NCBI GenBank assembly: GCA_964016885.1
Contig: OZ024753.1
Coordinates: forward strand, 40,548,001-40,612,000
Length of the DNA: 64,000 nt
Source of the DNA: Eledone cirrhosa
Lineage: Eukaryota
Direction of reading: 5' to 3'
Positions 27,043 through 51,545 of this stretch are shown one piece after another. The position numbers were made by a program, and so were the translations under genes. How positions within the stretch are numbered: the first letter of the stretch is position 1; each line of letters begins with the position of its first letter. The notes beneath the pieces were generated by a model. The model searched no databases, was not told where the DNA came from, and worked only from the letters and a program-made list of their open reading frames with translations.

Positions 27043-27734
27043 ATATATATATATATATAATGATGTATCACAGCTTAAAACATTCATTCATTCATATGTA
27101 TGTATATCCAATATCAATTCAATAAATCTACTAGATGGTTAATGATTTCCAATACCAATAAATATACGCCGGGTCCGGCTAAAAGGGGAAAATTATATAC
27201 ACGTGCAGCGTCTCACGAGCCATATATGGGTATAAGTATATATGTGTTAATGTGTGTATGAGTATACACAAACAGACGTAAAAAACATATAATAGATATA
27301 TATATACGATGGATATATATACGATATATATATATATGATATATTTATATATATATATATATAGGATACATATATATATATATATATATATACACGATAT
27401 ATATATATATACATTATATATAGGATACATATATATATATATATATATACACGATATATATATATATATACATTATATATATATATATACGATAGATATA
27501 TATACATTATATATATATATATATATATACGATAGATATATATACATTATATATTTATATATATACATATACACGATAGATAGATATATGCATTATATAT
27601 ATATATATTTATATATATATATATACAACTTTTGCCTACATTATTAATGCATTGTAAATATATATATCATGGAATATTGCGAGAAAATTCTTTCAGATTT
27701 TCTGTATACACAGCCTACATGCTCAGACACACAT

Positions 27735-27782
<48 letters not shown>

Positions 27783-28145
27783 GAGTGTGTATGCATATGT
27801 GAGTCTCTCTCTCTATGTGTGTATATATATACATATCTATATATATATATATATATATATATGTTCCAAGATATAATCAGTAGTACAAACACAGACACCT
27901 GTAGAATGTATTTTACCCGCTCACATATTCAGTCGTATGGACGGTACAATTATAACACCTTATATTCAAATAGCTATGATATAAACACAAACCTATGTCA
28001 TTTCTGTTAGTAATTAAATCGAATTTTTTATTTACATATTCCAATAATTATGTATCGATATGCGTATGTACATTTAGTTTGTGTTTCTTACCAAATTTGC
28101 TTCACATACACACACGTATAAATATATAGACATCCACACACTCAC

Positions 28146-28203
<58 letters not shown>

Positions 28204-28361
28204 GTGAACATAGATGCCTAATTATTGAATTTCCAGCGTGGAACACACATCTAAAGATGTGAGAAAATAAGAAGAAAACGAAACAAAACAAAAAGAAAAA
28301 AAAAGTATCGAATGAACAAAAGTAAGAAAATATAAGATTCAAATGAAAGAAAATATATACC

Positions 28362-28398
<37 letters not shown>

Positions 28399-28401
28399 AT
28401 G

Positions 28402-28446
<45 letters not shown>

Positions 28447-28485
28447 GTATATGTATATATATATATGTATATATATATGTATATG

Positions 28486-28532
<47 letters not shown>

Positions 28533-28557
28533 GTATATATATATGTATATATATATG

Positions 28558-28602
<45 letters not shown>

Positions 28603-29195
28603 GTATATATATATGTATATATATATGTATATATATATATATATATGTATATGTATATATATATGTATATATATATATATGTTTATATATATGTATATAT
28701 ATGTATATATATATGTATATATATATGTATATATATATGTATATATATATGTATATATGTATATATATATGTATATATATATGTATATATATATGTATAT
28801 ATATATGTATATATATGTATATATATATGTATATATATATGTATATATATGTATATATATATGTATATATATATGTATATATATGTATATATATATGTAT
28901 ATATATGTATATATATATGTATATATATATGTATATATATATGTATATATATATGTATATATATATGTATATATATATGTATATATATATGTATATATAT
29001 ATGTATATATATATGTATATATATATATGTATATATATATATGTATATATATATGTATATATATATGTATATATATATGTATATATATATGTATATATGT
29101 ATATATATATATGTATATATGTATATATATATATATATGTATATATATGTATATATGTATATATATGTATATATATATATATATATATGGATATA

Positions 29196-29248
<53 letters not shown>
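28362..29248. repeat. (TA)nTG compound microsatellite
   Basis: Directly visible. Confidence 0.97.
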
Positions 29249-29252
<4 letters not shown>

Positions 29253-29425
29253 CTTGTAAGCATATATTTTATGCATGTGTATATATAGGTGTGTTTGTGT
29301 GTATATGGACGTATGCATACAAGCAGAGGACTAAACAAACATGGAAATATACAAATTATATAGCTAAATAAATATACGAAGAGGAAAGAAATGGATAAAA
29401 ATTACACACACAGAGACACACAGAT

Positions 29426-29439
<14 letters not shown>

Positions 29440-29480
<41 letters not shown>

Positions 29481-29637
29481 GAGAGAGAGATAGCTAGCTA
29501 GATAAATAGATAGATAGATAGATAGATAAAAATATAGATATATATAGAGATATACATATATATATATAGATATATTGAGATATACATACATATATATATA
29601 AATACACACATACACATATATATATAAAGAGAGAAAC

Positions 29638-29668
<31 letters not shown>

Positions 29669-29817
29669 CATATACAGAGAGAGATATAGCTAGCTAGATA
29701 GATAGATAGATAGCTAAAAATATAGATATATATAGAGACATACATATATATATATATAGATATATACATATATATATAAATACACACATACACATATATA
29801 TATAAAAAGAGAAACAC

Positions 29818-29852
<35 letters not shown>

Positions 29853-30007
29853 TATATAGAGAGATATAGCTAGCTAGATAAATAGATAGATAGATAAAAA
29901 TATAGATATATATAGAGACATACATATATATATATAGATATATAGATATATACATACATATATATATAAATACACACATACACATATATATATAAAGAGA
30001 GAAACAC

Positions 30008-30038
<31 letters not shown>

Positions 30039-30040
30039 TA
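29440..30040. repeat. Three copies of a compound microsatellite block of about 190 bp
   Basis: The markers tagctagctagata and aaatacacacatacacat each recur three times. Confidence 0.8.
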
Positions 30041-30481
30041 TGTGTGTGCGTGTGCGTGTGTGTGTGTGTTTGTGTATATACATTGTTGCTGTTGCTGCCG
30101 TTGAAGGAAACTTAATTGTATTTTTATCTGTTTTGTTGCTGGTAAATGTTCAGTGAGTGGCACCTGGTGAATGGGGTAAATGTTCACATCGTAGTTATAT
30201 AAAAGCCTAGTAAATAGAAACAAGGTGTTCTGATAGAAAACTCATGGAACGGAATTCTCACAGAACAATTTTGCTTGCATTGCCTACAAATCCGATTTAC
30301 AGCGATTGTGTCACGTGTAATTATTGACTGACACACAAAAACATACATTGGCACACACCACACACTTACACACGCGCAACACACATCGCACATATCATAC
30401 ATACAGCACACACCGCACATATCATACACACACACACACGCGCTTGCATTCACAACGTTATGTATATATATGTAAATATAT

Positions 30482-30529
<48 letters not shown>

Positions 30530-30573
30530 TTGATTTTATATATATATATTTGTGTGTGTGAGTATAATTAGAA

Positions 30574-30620
<47 letters not shown>

Positions 30621-30645
30621 CATAGATGTGTTCAATTACACACAC

Positions 30646-30683
<38 letters not shown>

Positions 30684-30708
30684 GTGTGTTTAATTGAATA
30701 TATCTATG

Positions 30709-30744
<36 letters not shown>

Positions 30745-31094
30745 AAAGGACAGTGTGGGGGATCGATGATAAAAAAGTCGAGATATACTTTGATTGATTG
30801 ATAAATTGATTGATTGATTAGAGGTAAGTATATAACAAAGAAAGAGATTTTAATGAAACACAGTATCTGTCTGTTTATATTCTCATATATTCTATCTATA
30901 TATCTTTCTTTCCATCTATACATTTACTGCTCAACTGATACTGGGAAAATATCAAAATAATATAGAACTTTACAGAATAGTCGTTATATACATACACACA
31001 ATAGAAAAGAAAGATCTCTTCCACCATACTACATTTACACAGGTATACACGAATCGAGAAACATATGAGGTTTTGGCTGACAGTTTCATATGCT

Positions 31095-31660
31095 GACTAT
31101 GAAAGATTGACGCTAGAGCTGTGAAATTTTATATGCATTAATTTCATCATCTTATTAATAACTGCATTATTTCTTTCCAGGGACTATGTTGAAAAATAAA
31201 CCTCATTTGGTAATTCCATGAGAGTATATTGGTCAGTCTATGAATGATGCTAGAGCTATGAAATCTAATATGCATTAATTTCATCATCTTATTAATAACT
31301 GCATTATTTCTTTCCAGCGACTATGTTGAAAAATAAACCTAATTTGGTCATTCAATGAGAGTATATTGGTCAGTCTATGAATGATGCTAGAGCTATGAAA
31401 TCTAATATGCATTAATTTCATCATCTTATTAATAACTGCATTATTTCTTTCCAGCGACTATGTTGAAAAATAAACCTCATTTGGTCATTCCATGAAAGTA
31501 TCTTCTTCAACCTATGAATGATGCTAGAGCTATGAAATATTACATGCATAAATTTCAACTCATCTTATTAATAACTGCAATGTTTTCTTCCAGGGACTAA
31601 TGTTGAAAATTAAACCTCGTTTGATCATTCCACGAGAGTATCTTGGTCAGCCTATGAACG
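31095..31660. repeat. 137-bp tandem repeat, 4 copies
   Basis: GCTAGAGCT at 31112, 31249, 31386 and 31523. Confidence 0.95.
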
Positions 31661-32658
31661 CTTCAGCCTATGAATCTTTCCGGATATAATCCTTTCAGCC
31701 GTCTCTCGTACACATACATTCTTCATATCAATATTGTTTTTATATAACAAAATATTAGCTGTCCGTGTCACTTGCTTAATATATAAACGGACTACCGTCG
31801 TTTTCGACGATGAATATTGATTGAGATGTTCGATCAACAGAACTGCTTTCTCATTGAATGATAACTGGATGAGTATTCCACATAGAACTATACACCTAGC
31901 GTTATTCTGAATTAGTATGAATGTTTCAAAGCCTGAAGCTTTGAAACACAGATCCAACACATCCAACACAATTCTACACAGTTTCATTTTAACTAGTTTT
32001 ACCTACAAGAGATTTGTGGACAATGACTCAGCTGCGACAGAATAGGAGGGAAATAGGTTCTTCATGACTGAGGAACGAAATTCTAGTTTATTCAGCTATA
32101 TTGGGTTCATTTCCAATATGCAAATGTGTAGACCTCTGCGTTGGACATCCGTCGGTGTCAACGATGATTGTTCAAGTTTTTGATAATCGGAACATTTGTA
32201 CATTTGTGTATATATGTGTGTATATTTGTGTATATATGTATATTTGTGTATATATATGTGTGTTTTATGTTTATAATTTGATACTCGACTCTTAAATGTA
32301 CGAACAACTCACACCTGTATCATTAAATATATATATTTACACATACTCCTCTTTATCTCTCTCTCTCTCTTCATCCTTCTCTCTGATCACCATCATCATC
32401 ATCATCATCAGCATCATCAGCATCACCCTCTCTCTATCTATCTCTATGTCACCTTCATTGGTGTAACAAACATATACACATACATGCAAATATATACAAA
32501 CATATACACGTACATAAGAACACGCAATTATCTCACCTTCACAATATTTCTCTTTACACTCTCTTTATTCCGACCTAACACGTGAAACTCGCACACGCAC
32601 ACACACACACACACACACACATACAGACGCACACACGCACACACACATACAGACGCAC

Positions 32659-33041
<383 letters not shown>

Positions 33042-33213
33042 AAAACACATTATGGAGAAAACGCAGTCATCTAACATTCGTCTCTCTCTACCTATCATTA
33101 TCGTTACCGTCTTTTTTTTTTTTGAGAGTCTCACACTCACACGAGTACCAACATCATGCAAACAAACAACAAAAACATAAACAACAAATATACAGATTAC
33201 ATTTATAATAGCT

Positions 33214-33250
<37 letters not shown>

Positions 33251-33332
33251 TCAAACATTTACATTAAAGTATACACAATTTCATTATATATACAACAAAC
33301 ACATACATGTATATGTAGGAAAAAATGCATTA

Positions 33333-36300
33333 ACACAGTCTTACACACACATTACACATATATAAAGACACCTATAGAAACATACTTACTTTTAAATAAA
33401 CACAGGTATATATAGTTACACAGTCTTACACACACATTACACATATATAAAGACACCTATAGAAACATACTTACTTTTAAATAAACACAGGTATGTATAG
33501 TTCCACAGACTTACACACACATTACACATATATAAAGACACCTATAGAAACATACTTACTTTTAGATAAACACATTTATATATAGTTACAGTCTTACACA
33601 CACATTACACGTATATAAAGACACCTATAGAAACATATTTACTTTTAGATAAACACAGGTATATATAGTTACACAGTCTTACACACACATTACACATATA
33701 TAAAGACACCTATAGAAACATACTTACTTTTAAATAAACACAGGTATATATAGTTACAGTCTTACACACACATTACACATATATAAAGACACCTATAGAA
33801 ACATACTTACTTTTAAATAAACACAGGTATATATAGTTACACAGTCTTACACACACATTACACATATATAAAGACACCTATAGAAACATACTTACTTTTA
33901 GATAAACACAGGTATATATAGTTACACAGTCTTACACACACATTACACATATATAAAGACACCTATAGAAACATACATACTTTTAAATAAACATAGGTAT
34001 ATATAGTTACAGTCTTACACACACATTACACATATATAAAGACACATATAGAAACATACTTACTTTTAAATAAACACAGGTATATAGAGTTACACAGTCT
34101 TACACACACATTACACATATATAAAGACACCTATAGAAACATACTTACTTTTAAATAAACACAGGTATATATAGTTACAGTCTTACACACACATTACACA
34201 TATATAAAGACACCTATAGAAACATACTGACTTTTAAAGAAACACAGGTATATATAGTTACACAGTCTTACACACACATTACACATATATAAAGACACCT
34301 ATAGAAATATACTTACTTTTAAATAAACACAGATATATATAGTTAGTCTTACACAAACATTACACATATATAAAGACACCTATAGAAACATACTTACTTT
34401 TAAATAAACACAGGTATATATAGTTACACAGTCTTACACACACATTACACATATATAAAGACACCTATAGAAACATACATACTTTTAGATAAACATAGGT
34501 ATATATAGTTAGTCTTACACAAACATTACACATATATAAAGACACCTATAGAAACATACTTACTTTTAAATAAACACAGGTATATAGAGTTACACAGTCT
34601 TACACACACATTACACATATATAAAGACACCTATAGAAACATACTATTAAATAAATACAGGTATATATAGTCACACAGTCTTACACACACATTACACATA
34701 TATAAAGACACCTATAGAAACATACTTACTTTTAAAGAAACACAGGTATATATAGTTACAGTCTTACACACACATTACACATATATAAAGACACCTATAG
34801 AAACATGCTTACTTTTAAAGAAACACAGGTATATAGAGTTACACAGTCTTACACACACATTACACATATATAAAGACACCTATAGAAACATACTTACTTT
34901 TAAATAAACACAGGTATATATAGTTACAGTCTTACACACACATTACACATATATAAAGACACCTATAGAAACATACATACTTTTAAATAAACACAGGTAT
35001 ATATAGTTACAGTCTTACACACACATTACACATATATAAAGACACCTATAGAAACATACTTACTTTTAAAGAAACACAGGTATATAGAGTTACACAGTCT
35101 TACACACACATTACACATATATAAAGACACCTATAGAAACATACTTACTTTTAAATAAACACAGGTATATATAGTTACAGTCTTACACACACATTACACA
35201 TATATAAAGACACCTATAGAAACATACATACTTTTAAATAAACACAGGTATATATAGTTACACAGTCTTACACACACATTACACATATATAAAGACACCT
35301 ATAGAAACATACTTACTTTTAAAGAAACACAGGTATATATAGTTACACAGTCTTACACACACATTACACATATATAAAGACACCTATAGAAACATACTTA
35401 CTTTTAGATAAACACAGGTATATATAGTTACAGTCTTACACATTACACATATATATAGACACCTATAGAAACATACTTACTTTTAAAGAAACACAGGTAT
35501 ATATAGTTACAGTCTTACACACACATTACACATATATAAAGACACCTATAGAAACATACATACTTTTAGATAAACACAGGTAATTATAGTTACAGTCTTA
35601 CACACACATTACACATATATAAAGACACCTATAGAAACATACTTACTTTTAAAGAAACACAGGTATATATAGTTACAGTCTTACACCCACATTACACATA
35701 TATAAAGACACCTATAGAAACATACTTACTTTTAAAGAAACACAGGTATATATAGTTACACAGTCTTACACACACATTACACATATATAAAGACACCTAT
35801 AGAAACATACTTACTTTTAAAGAAACACAGGTATATATAGTTACAGTCTTACACACACATTACACATATATAAAGACACCTATAGAAACATATTTACTCT
35901 TAGATAAACACAGGTATATATAGTTACACAGTCTTACACACACATTACACATATATAAAGACACCTATAGAAACATACTTACTTTAAATAAACACAGGTA
36001 TATATAGTTACAGTCTTACACACACATTACACATATATAAAGACACCTATAGAAACATACTTACTTTTAAATAAACATAGGTATATATAGTCACACAGTC
36101 TTACACACACATTACACATATATAAAGACACCTATAGAAACATACTTACTTTTAGATAAACACAGGTATATATAGTTACAGTCTTACACACACATTACAC
36201 ATATATATAGACACCTATAGAAACATACTTACTTTTAAAGAAACACAGGTATATATAGTTACAGTCTTACACACACATTACACATATATAAAGACACCTA

Positions 36301-36755
36301 TAGAAACATAGATACTTTTAGATAAACACAGGTATATATAGTTACAGTCTTACACACACATTACACATATATAAAGACACCTATAGAAACATACTTACTT
36401 TTAAATAAACACAGGTATATATAGTTACAGTCTTACACACACATTACACATATATAAAGACACCTATAGAAACATACTTACTTTTAAATAAACACAGGTA
36501 TATATAGTTACACAGTCTTACACACACATTACACATATATAAAGACACCTATAGAAACATATTTACTTTTAGATAAACACAGGTATATATAGTTACACAG
36601 ACTTACACACACATTACACATATATAAAGACACCTATAGAAACATACTTACTTTTAAATAAACACAGGTATATATAGTTACAGTCTTACACACACATTAC
36701 ACATATATAAAGACACCTATAGAAACATACTATTAAATAAACACAGGCATATATA
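33333..36755. repeat. 81-85-bp satellite, about 40 copies
   Basis: Unit ACAGTCTTACACACACATTACACATATATAAAGACACCTATAGAAACATACTTACTTTTAAATAAACACAGGTATATATAGTTAC. Confidence 0.97.
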
Positions 36756-37062
36756 TATTCACACACTGTGAAACACCATAATGCAGTACACCTCGCTATT
36801 GACGAAGTTCACTACAGTAAAAGTAAATAAAATTGTCCTTTAAGTAGATATGTTATGGTAGTAAAACAGTAAAATAAAGCGCCATTTATCTGCCATATGA
36901 TACTTTCCCGCCATTTTACTTATCTTATTGTTGTACTTGTTCCTCGTGTATTTCTTACTTCTTTCCACAATACTGACTGTCCTCACCAACTATCCACTTC
37001 CCTGCACATACATTAGTATACATTAATGGCAAATTACTGCATATATATATATATTACACACA

Positions 37063-39080
<2,018 letters not shown>

Positions 39081-39181
39081 TATGTTTATGTATATATGTA
39101 TGTTTATATATATATATATATTCATATATATATATATATATTCATATATTTATATATATATTTATATATATATATATATTC

Positions 39182-39456
<275 letters not shown>

Positions 39457-39515
39457 AATATATATATAAATATATATATAAATATATATATAAATATATA
39501 TATAAATATATATAA

Positions 39516-45930
<6,415 letters not shown>

Positions 45931-45997
45931 ATATATATATATTCATATATATGAATATATATATATATATATATATATATTCATATATATATATATA

Positions 45998-46033
<36 letters not shown>

Positions 46034-46091
46034 TATATATATTCATATATATATATATATATATATATTCATATATATATATATATATATA

Positions 46092-46129
<38 letters not shown>

Positions 46130-46149
46130 TATATATATATATATATATA

Positions 46150-46187
<38 letters not shown>

Positions 46188-46207
46188 TATATATATATAT
46201 ATATATA

Positions 46208-46245
<38 letters not shown>

Positions 46246-46267
46246 TATATATATATATATATATATA

Positions 46268-46333
<66 letters not shown>

Positions 46334-46353
46334 TATATATATATATATATATA

Positions 46354-46409
<56 letters not shown>

Positions 46410-46504
46410 TATATATATATATATATATATTCATATATATATATATATATATATTCATATATATATATATATATATATTCATATATATATATATATATAT
46501 ATTC

Positions 46505-46538
<34 letters not shown>

Positions 46539-46761
46539 ATATTCATATATATATATATATATATATTCATATATATATATATATATATATATTCATATAT
46601 ATATATATATATATATTCATATATATATATATATATATATTCATATATATATATATATATATATTCATATATATATATATATATATATTCATATATATAT
46701 ATATATATATATTCATATATATATATATATATATATATTCATATATATATATATATATATA

Positions 46762-46795
<34 letters not shown>

Positions 46796-46852
46796 TATAT
46801 ATATATATATATATATATTCATATATATATATATATATATATTCATATATAT
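45931..46852. repeat. TTCA(TA)n satellite, reverse complement of the 39540-45450 array
   Basis: Directly visible. Confidence 0.95.
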
Positions 46853-47559
46853 AAATAATATATAGTGTAAATATATATATATAGTGTAAATACTAGGCTG
46901 ACGTCCGGTGGGCGATAACCGTTCGTGAGAGCAAGAAGGAGGCCTTTGCAATCTTTCTAGATATAGAATCTAGAGTCTAATTCCCCACTCTGTAATTTTT
47001 CTTTTACTCTGCTTTAAACCTTTAGAATTTACATTACTCTATATTTACTATTGTATTTTCGTGGTAAAAGCGTTATCTAACATCATTTATCCCACATAAT
47101 ATCGAATCCATGAGATTTTGGTATTATTTATTTTGAGAACAATACTTTAAGATATGTATGAGGGGCTGGTTACAGCCGGTTTAAACAGAAAGAGTTGCGA
47201 GAATTCCGGCTTATACAGGGTTAAAACCTTCTATCGACGCATCACCACCCATCATGAAAATATGGAAACAAAAAAGGAACCACACAGACACAGAGACAGA
47301 TTCGTTTCCGAATCTGGCCCTGAGAGAAAAAAAAAGCGAAGAATGTGATGGGACCCCTAGCGGTTCTTATGTCGAACAGGGGGAGATAATCGAGTAGTGA
47401 GTAGAAATTATAGTGACGCATCCCCTCAAACATCACTCTACAGAAATCCTAAATACAAAAGAAATAACTCATTTCAACGTATCAGGAAATGCTTAAATTA
47501 TTCCTTGAGGATTTCAATGTCTTCTTGTGACGCTAAACTCCGCCAGTTGCAGACTGCGC

Positions 47560-48375
47560 ATTAACATGTGATATCCCTCACCACAAAGTTCGATCACCAG
47601 CAGCAGAGTTCAAAGAGCAAAGATCAAGTCCATAAGTTGATATTGTCAAGCCATCGTTTTGACTGCCGGCCTCTGCTTCTCTTACCAGCCTGCCTGCCTT
47701 CCAGGAATATATAATACCTTTTAATCACTAGCAGAAGAGTTTAAAGATCAAAGATCAAGTCCAGTCCATAAGTTGACATTGTCAAGCAATCGTTTTGACT
47801 GCGGGCCTCTCCTTCTCTTACCAGCCTGCCTGCCTTCCAGGAATATATAATACCTTTTGATCACCCGCAGCAGAGTTTAAAGAGCAAAGATCAAGTCCAG
47901 TCCATAAGTTGACATTGTCAAGCAATCGTTTTGACTGCCGGCCTCTGCTTCTCTTACCAGCCTGCCTTCCTCCCAGAAATATATAATACCCTTTGCTCAC
48001 CAGCAGCAGAGTTTAAAGAGCAAAGATCACACCCAGTCCATAAGTTGACACTATCAAGCCATCGTTTTAGCTGCCGGCCTCTGCTTCTCTTATTAGCCAA
48101 CCTTCCTTCCAGGCATAACCTACTCACACCACGAGTTGATCTTTTTATATGGCCGTATAGTTTGAGTATTCATCGTTTGACAATTGATGTAATTAGTCTA
48201 AGTCTGGTAATGTTGAGCAGCTCACTGATACAGATACGGTCGCTGAGCCGCTTGCCAGTCATAATTCTCATGATGTGGTTCTGGAATGTAGAGAGCTTCT
48301 GAAGTGACCTTGTCGTCCAATTAACACAGTCAAGACCATACAACACAACTGGTAGTATGTAAGTGTCAATATAGG
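47560..48375 (-). mobile_element. RTE-like LINE 3' remnant with a four-fold repeated terminal segment
   Basis: ILPVVLYGLDC...LSTFQNHIMRIM...LYGHIKR...KRSRGRQ-KRWLD; a segment of about 133 nt is repeated across 47590-48110. Confidence 0.88.
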
Positions 48376-48842
48376 GTCCGTTAATGTAGACAAACAGTGG
48401 AGAACCCACATTCCTAATTTGAAAATATCGTTGTGGTAGAACTTCACCTCTCATGTTTTTCAGAATGACAAAATGAATCATACTAATACTGGATTTGATA
48501 TAATTTTCTAAAAGCCTAGCATGTGGTGTTTCAAACTAACCACAATCCAATGAGTGAAACAACGTATCTCTAATATATATTTGACCAGACATTTATCTGT
48601 TTCATATGTAATGCTCACATATCTTCCAAACCCCACATATATGTAGTTATATTATTCTATTTATTATTTTGTATTAACTGAAACTTCAAAAACGATTATA
48701 TGTCTGCAAATCGGAAATGAGAAACTCGAAGAAACTATTTGTCAGATTTCAGCTTCCAATATAGTATATGCCATATATCTTCTCTCTTTCTTCCCTTATC
48801 ACTGCAAACACACTAATAAAATTGCACACTCACTCACACATT

Positions 48843-48894
<52 letters not shown>

Positions 48895-48896
<2 letters not shown>

Positions 48897-49086
48897 ATAA
48901 GTTATCCCGAGTTCAATCCGGGATAACCACAGTAAGGTACTCAATACAAAGCAGAGTATAGATGTTTAATATAGAAAAGATTCTACAGGACTAGATTTAT
49001 TCCATCGAGAGAAATCATCAGTCAGCCTCCTGATGATTTTTCAAGAATGAAACAGTTCTAGTCCTGTAGAAGCTTTTCTATATTAA
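48895..49086. mobile_element. Family B fold-back element with a hammerhead at 49024-49074
   Basis: AGCCUC-CUGAUGA...GAAACAG...CUGUA|GAAGCU on plus; a degenerate mirror copy lies on minus. Confidence 0.82.
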
Positions 49087-49100
49087 ATATATATATATAT

Positions 49101-49405
49101 AAAGTGAACAACACAAAATATAACTACTCCATTACCAAAGGTTTCAGGCCCTTAGACAATATTATCATACGTCTAGTTCGCTCATCAGACAGAGGGGTTA
49201 TGAAATGAAAATACAAAAATCGTATTTTCATTTCATAACCCCTCTGTCTGATGAGCAAACTAGACGTATGATAATATTGTCTAAGGTCCCGAAACATTTG
49301 GTAATGGAGTAGTTATATTTTGTGTTGTTCACTTTCTAATTAAATAGCTCTGTTTTATACATAGAGCACTCTTTTTTCGTTTGCTTTTTCTTCGGAAATA
49401 CTTAA
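49101..49405. mobile_element. Family F palindrome (arms 49101-49214 and 49222-49335)
   Basis: 114-bp arms with a few mismatches, adjoining (TA)n. Confidence 0.9.
49242..49309 (+). ncRNA. Type I hammerhead motif (family F; mirror copy on the minus strand)
   Basis: CUCUGU-CUGAUGA-...UAGAC/GUCUA...-GAAAC auuug GUA|AUGGAG; the base of helix II is imperfect. Confidence 0.72.
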
Positions 49406-49493
49406 CACACTCACACTCACACTCACACACACACTAATGGTTGCATTCTTTAAGAGTATGTCAATATTTATTTATAAAACTGATCTATATTAT

Positions 49494-49557
49494 ATTTTAT
49501 CTGATGAAAGCACACCATAATTTAACTTGATGTCCTTGAAATATGTATAATGAAATA
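49494..49557 (+). ncRNA. Hammerhead motif related to family C
   Basis: AUUUUAU-CUGAUGA (49501)-AAG...CUU-GAAAUAUGUAUA|AUGAAAU. Confidence 0.72.
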
Positions 49558-49704
49558 AATATGGTTTTATAAATATAGTTTCCATTTGTTAATATCGTAT
49601 TTTTACTCCAAATATTTGTTGAGTGCTTTATATCAGTTATAAAAATATTTGCTTGTTGTATCCCAACAATTTAAGTTAGAACTTTTACACATATATATAT
49701 ATAT

Positions 49705-49792
49705 AGGGCGGGTAAAATTCCAGAGATTCATGGACGAGTTATCTCCAGCGGTCTCTGTCCCTCATCATCGCTGTCCTGTCCCGCGTCTCCAA
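49705..49792 (-). mobile_element. Extreme 3' fragment of the RTE LINE family
   Basis: Matches 16143-16228. Confidence 0.85.
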
Positions 49793-50446
49793 TATTAGTA
49801 GGAATAACTGGTGTTGCACAGGTTGAGATCTACCTATATCCCTGCAATAGATATGTGCTCACTAATTATTTATATCGTAAATGAAACTAGTAAATGGTAT
49901 ATAACTAATTCATGAATACTAAATAAAAACATGCAATTATATGAAAGTGAATTTGCTTTAAACTATTCTTTATTTAAGAAACATATTTTCATCTTTAGCC
50001 GTGGATGGAAACGCAATGCCTATGACCTCAAATCCAACTCTTTACTGAATGGAACAGGTCGGGTGGTGGTCATACGATTTCCACATAAGTAAGAAACGGC
50101 ATTGTTTGAACTTAGAAAGCAATGAGACGTGAGAAAACCAAAAGGCATCTCGTTTGGCACTGACCTATTAGAATGCATAGGAAAAGTTTCCTAATCATTA
50201 AATCTATAGACCAGGCAATATATTTACTTTCCACTACACTACACACAAAGAGAGTTTCATATATGATCACTTATACGCATCCAGGGTAAACCATTACAAA
50301 CATATTCATATATAGGTAGACACAGACAAGTATTAGATGTCCCCAGTAACCTTTTCTCTATGCTTATATTTTCCTGTTCTTAGAAGGGATAAGTGATTGG
50401 AAAATAAACTTCTTCGCCAAATCAACACGAGTATTGATATATTACT

Positions 50447-51545
50447 AATTGGCAGTATCGATAGAGGGTCGGATATGCTTTCCAGCATAGTTACGTCCCT
50501 TTCCAATCTGAGTTCAATTCCCGCCGAGGTTAACTTAGCCTTTCATCCTTACGGGGTCGATAAAATAAAGTACCAGTAATGTACTGGATAATTGCTGGCC
50601 TTGTGCCAAAAAAAAAGAAACAATTATTACTATTTTTATAATGATTTCTTGGTTTTGCGCTTCAATAAAAAAAATATTATATGGATTGCCAGAATCGAGG
50701 GACCGTCTGACACCATGCTTTGCAGCATAGAGTTGCGAACCTTTACGTTCGGAGTTCGTGCCGAGGTTAACTTTGCCTTTCATCCTTACGTGGTCGATAA
50801 AATAAAGTACCAGTCACGCACTGGGTCGATTTAATCGACTTTCTCCTCCCCTATAACTGCTGGCCTTGTGCCTATATAAGACACTATTATTATTATTATT
50901 ATGCTTTGCAGCATAGAGTTACGTCCCTTTATGATCTGAGTTCAAATCCTGACGAGGTTAACTTTGCCTTTCATCCTTACGGGGTCGATAAAATAAAGTA
51001 CCAGTAATGTACTGGGTAGTTGCTGGCCTTGTGCCTAAAATAGAAACAATTATTATTATTATTATTGTCCTAAGGGCGGGGGATTGGCAGTATCGGTAGA
51101 GGGTCGGGTGCCATGCTGGGTTGGGGGATTGGCAGTATCGGTAGAGGGTCAGACACCATGGTAGGACGGTGGATTGGCAGTATCGGTAGAGGGTCGGACG
51201 CCATGCTGGGTTGGGGGATTGGCAGTATCGGTAGAGGGTCAGACACCATGGTAGGACGGTGGATTGGCAGTATCGGTAGAGGGTCGGACGCCATGCTGGG
51301 TTGGGGGATTGGCAGTATCGGTAGAGGGTCAGACACCATGGTAGGACGGTGGATTGGCAGTATCGGTAGAGGGTCGGACGCCATGCTTTGACGCATAGAG
51401 TTACGGCCCTTGCCATTCTGAGTTCAAATCCCGCCAAGGTTAAATTTGCCTCTCATCCTTACGGGATCGATAAAATAAAGTACCAGTAATGCACTGAGTA
51501 ATTGCTGGCCTTGTGCCAAAAGTAGAAACAATTATTATTATTGTT
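50447..51545 (+). mobile_element. Head-to-tail array of four SINEs
   Basis: Copies at about 50447-50628, 50684-50900, 50901-51066 and 51072-51545. Confidence 0.92.
51081..51390 (+). repeat. Seven 45-bp SINE head (A-box) units in an alternating A/B pattern
   Basis: GGATTGGCAGTATCGGTAGAGGGTC at 51081, 51126, 51171, 51216, 51261, 51306 and 51351. Confidence 0.95.

Noticed and set aside
33333-36755. CRISPR-like array
   Set aside because: The units are contiguous with no unique spacers, and the context is eukaryotic.
50958-51437. Repeat-protein ORFs (LPILPI..., GSIGRG...)
   Set aside because: They are translations of the 45-bp SINE head repeat.
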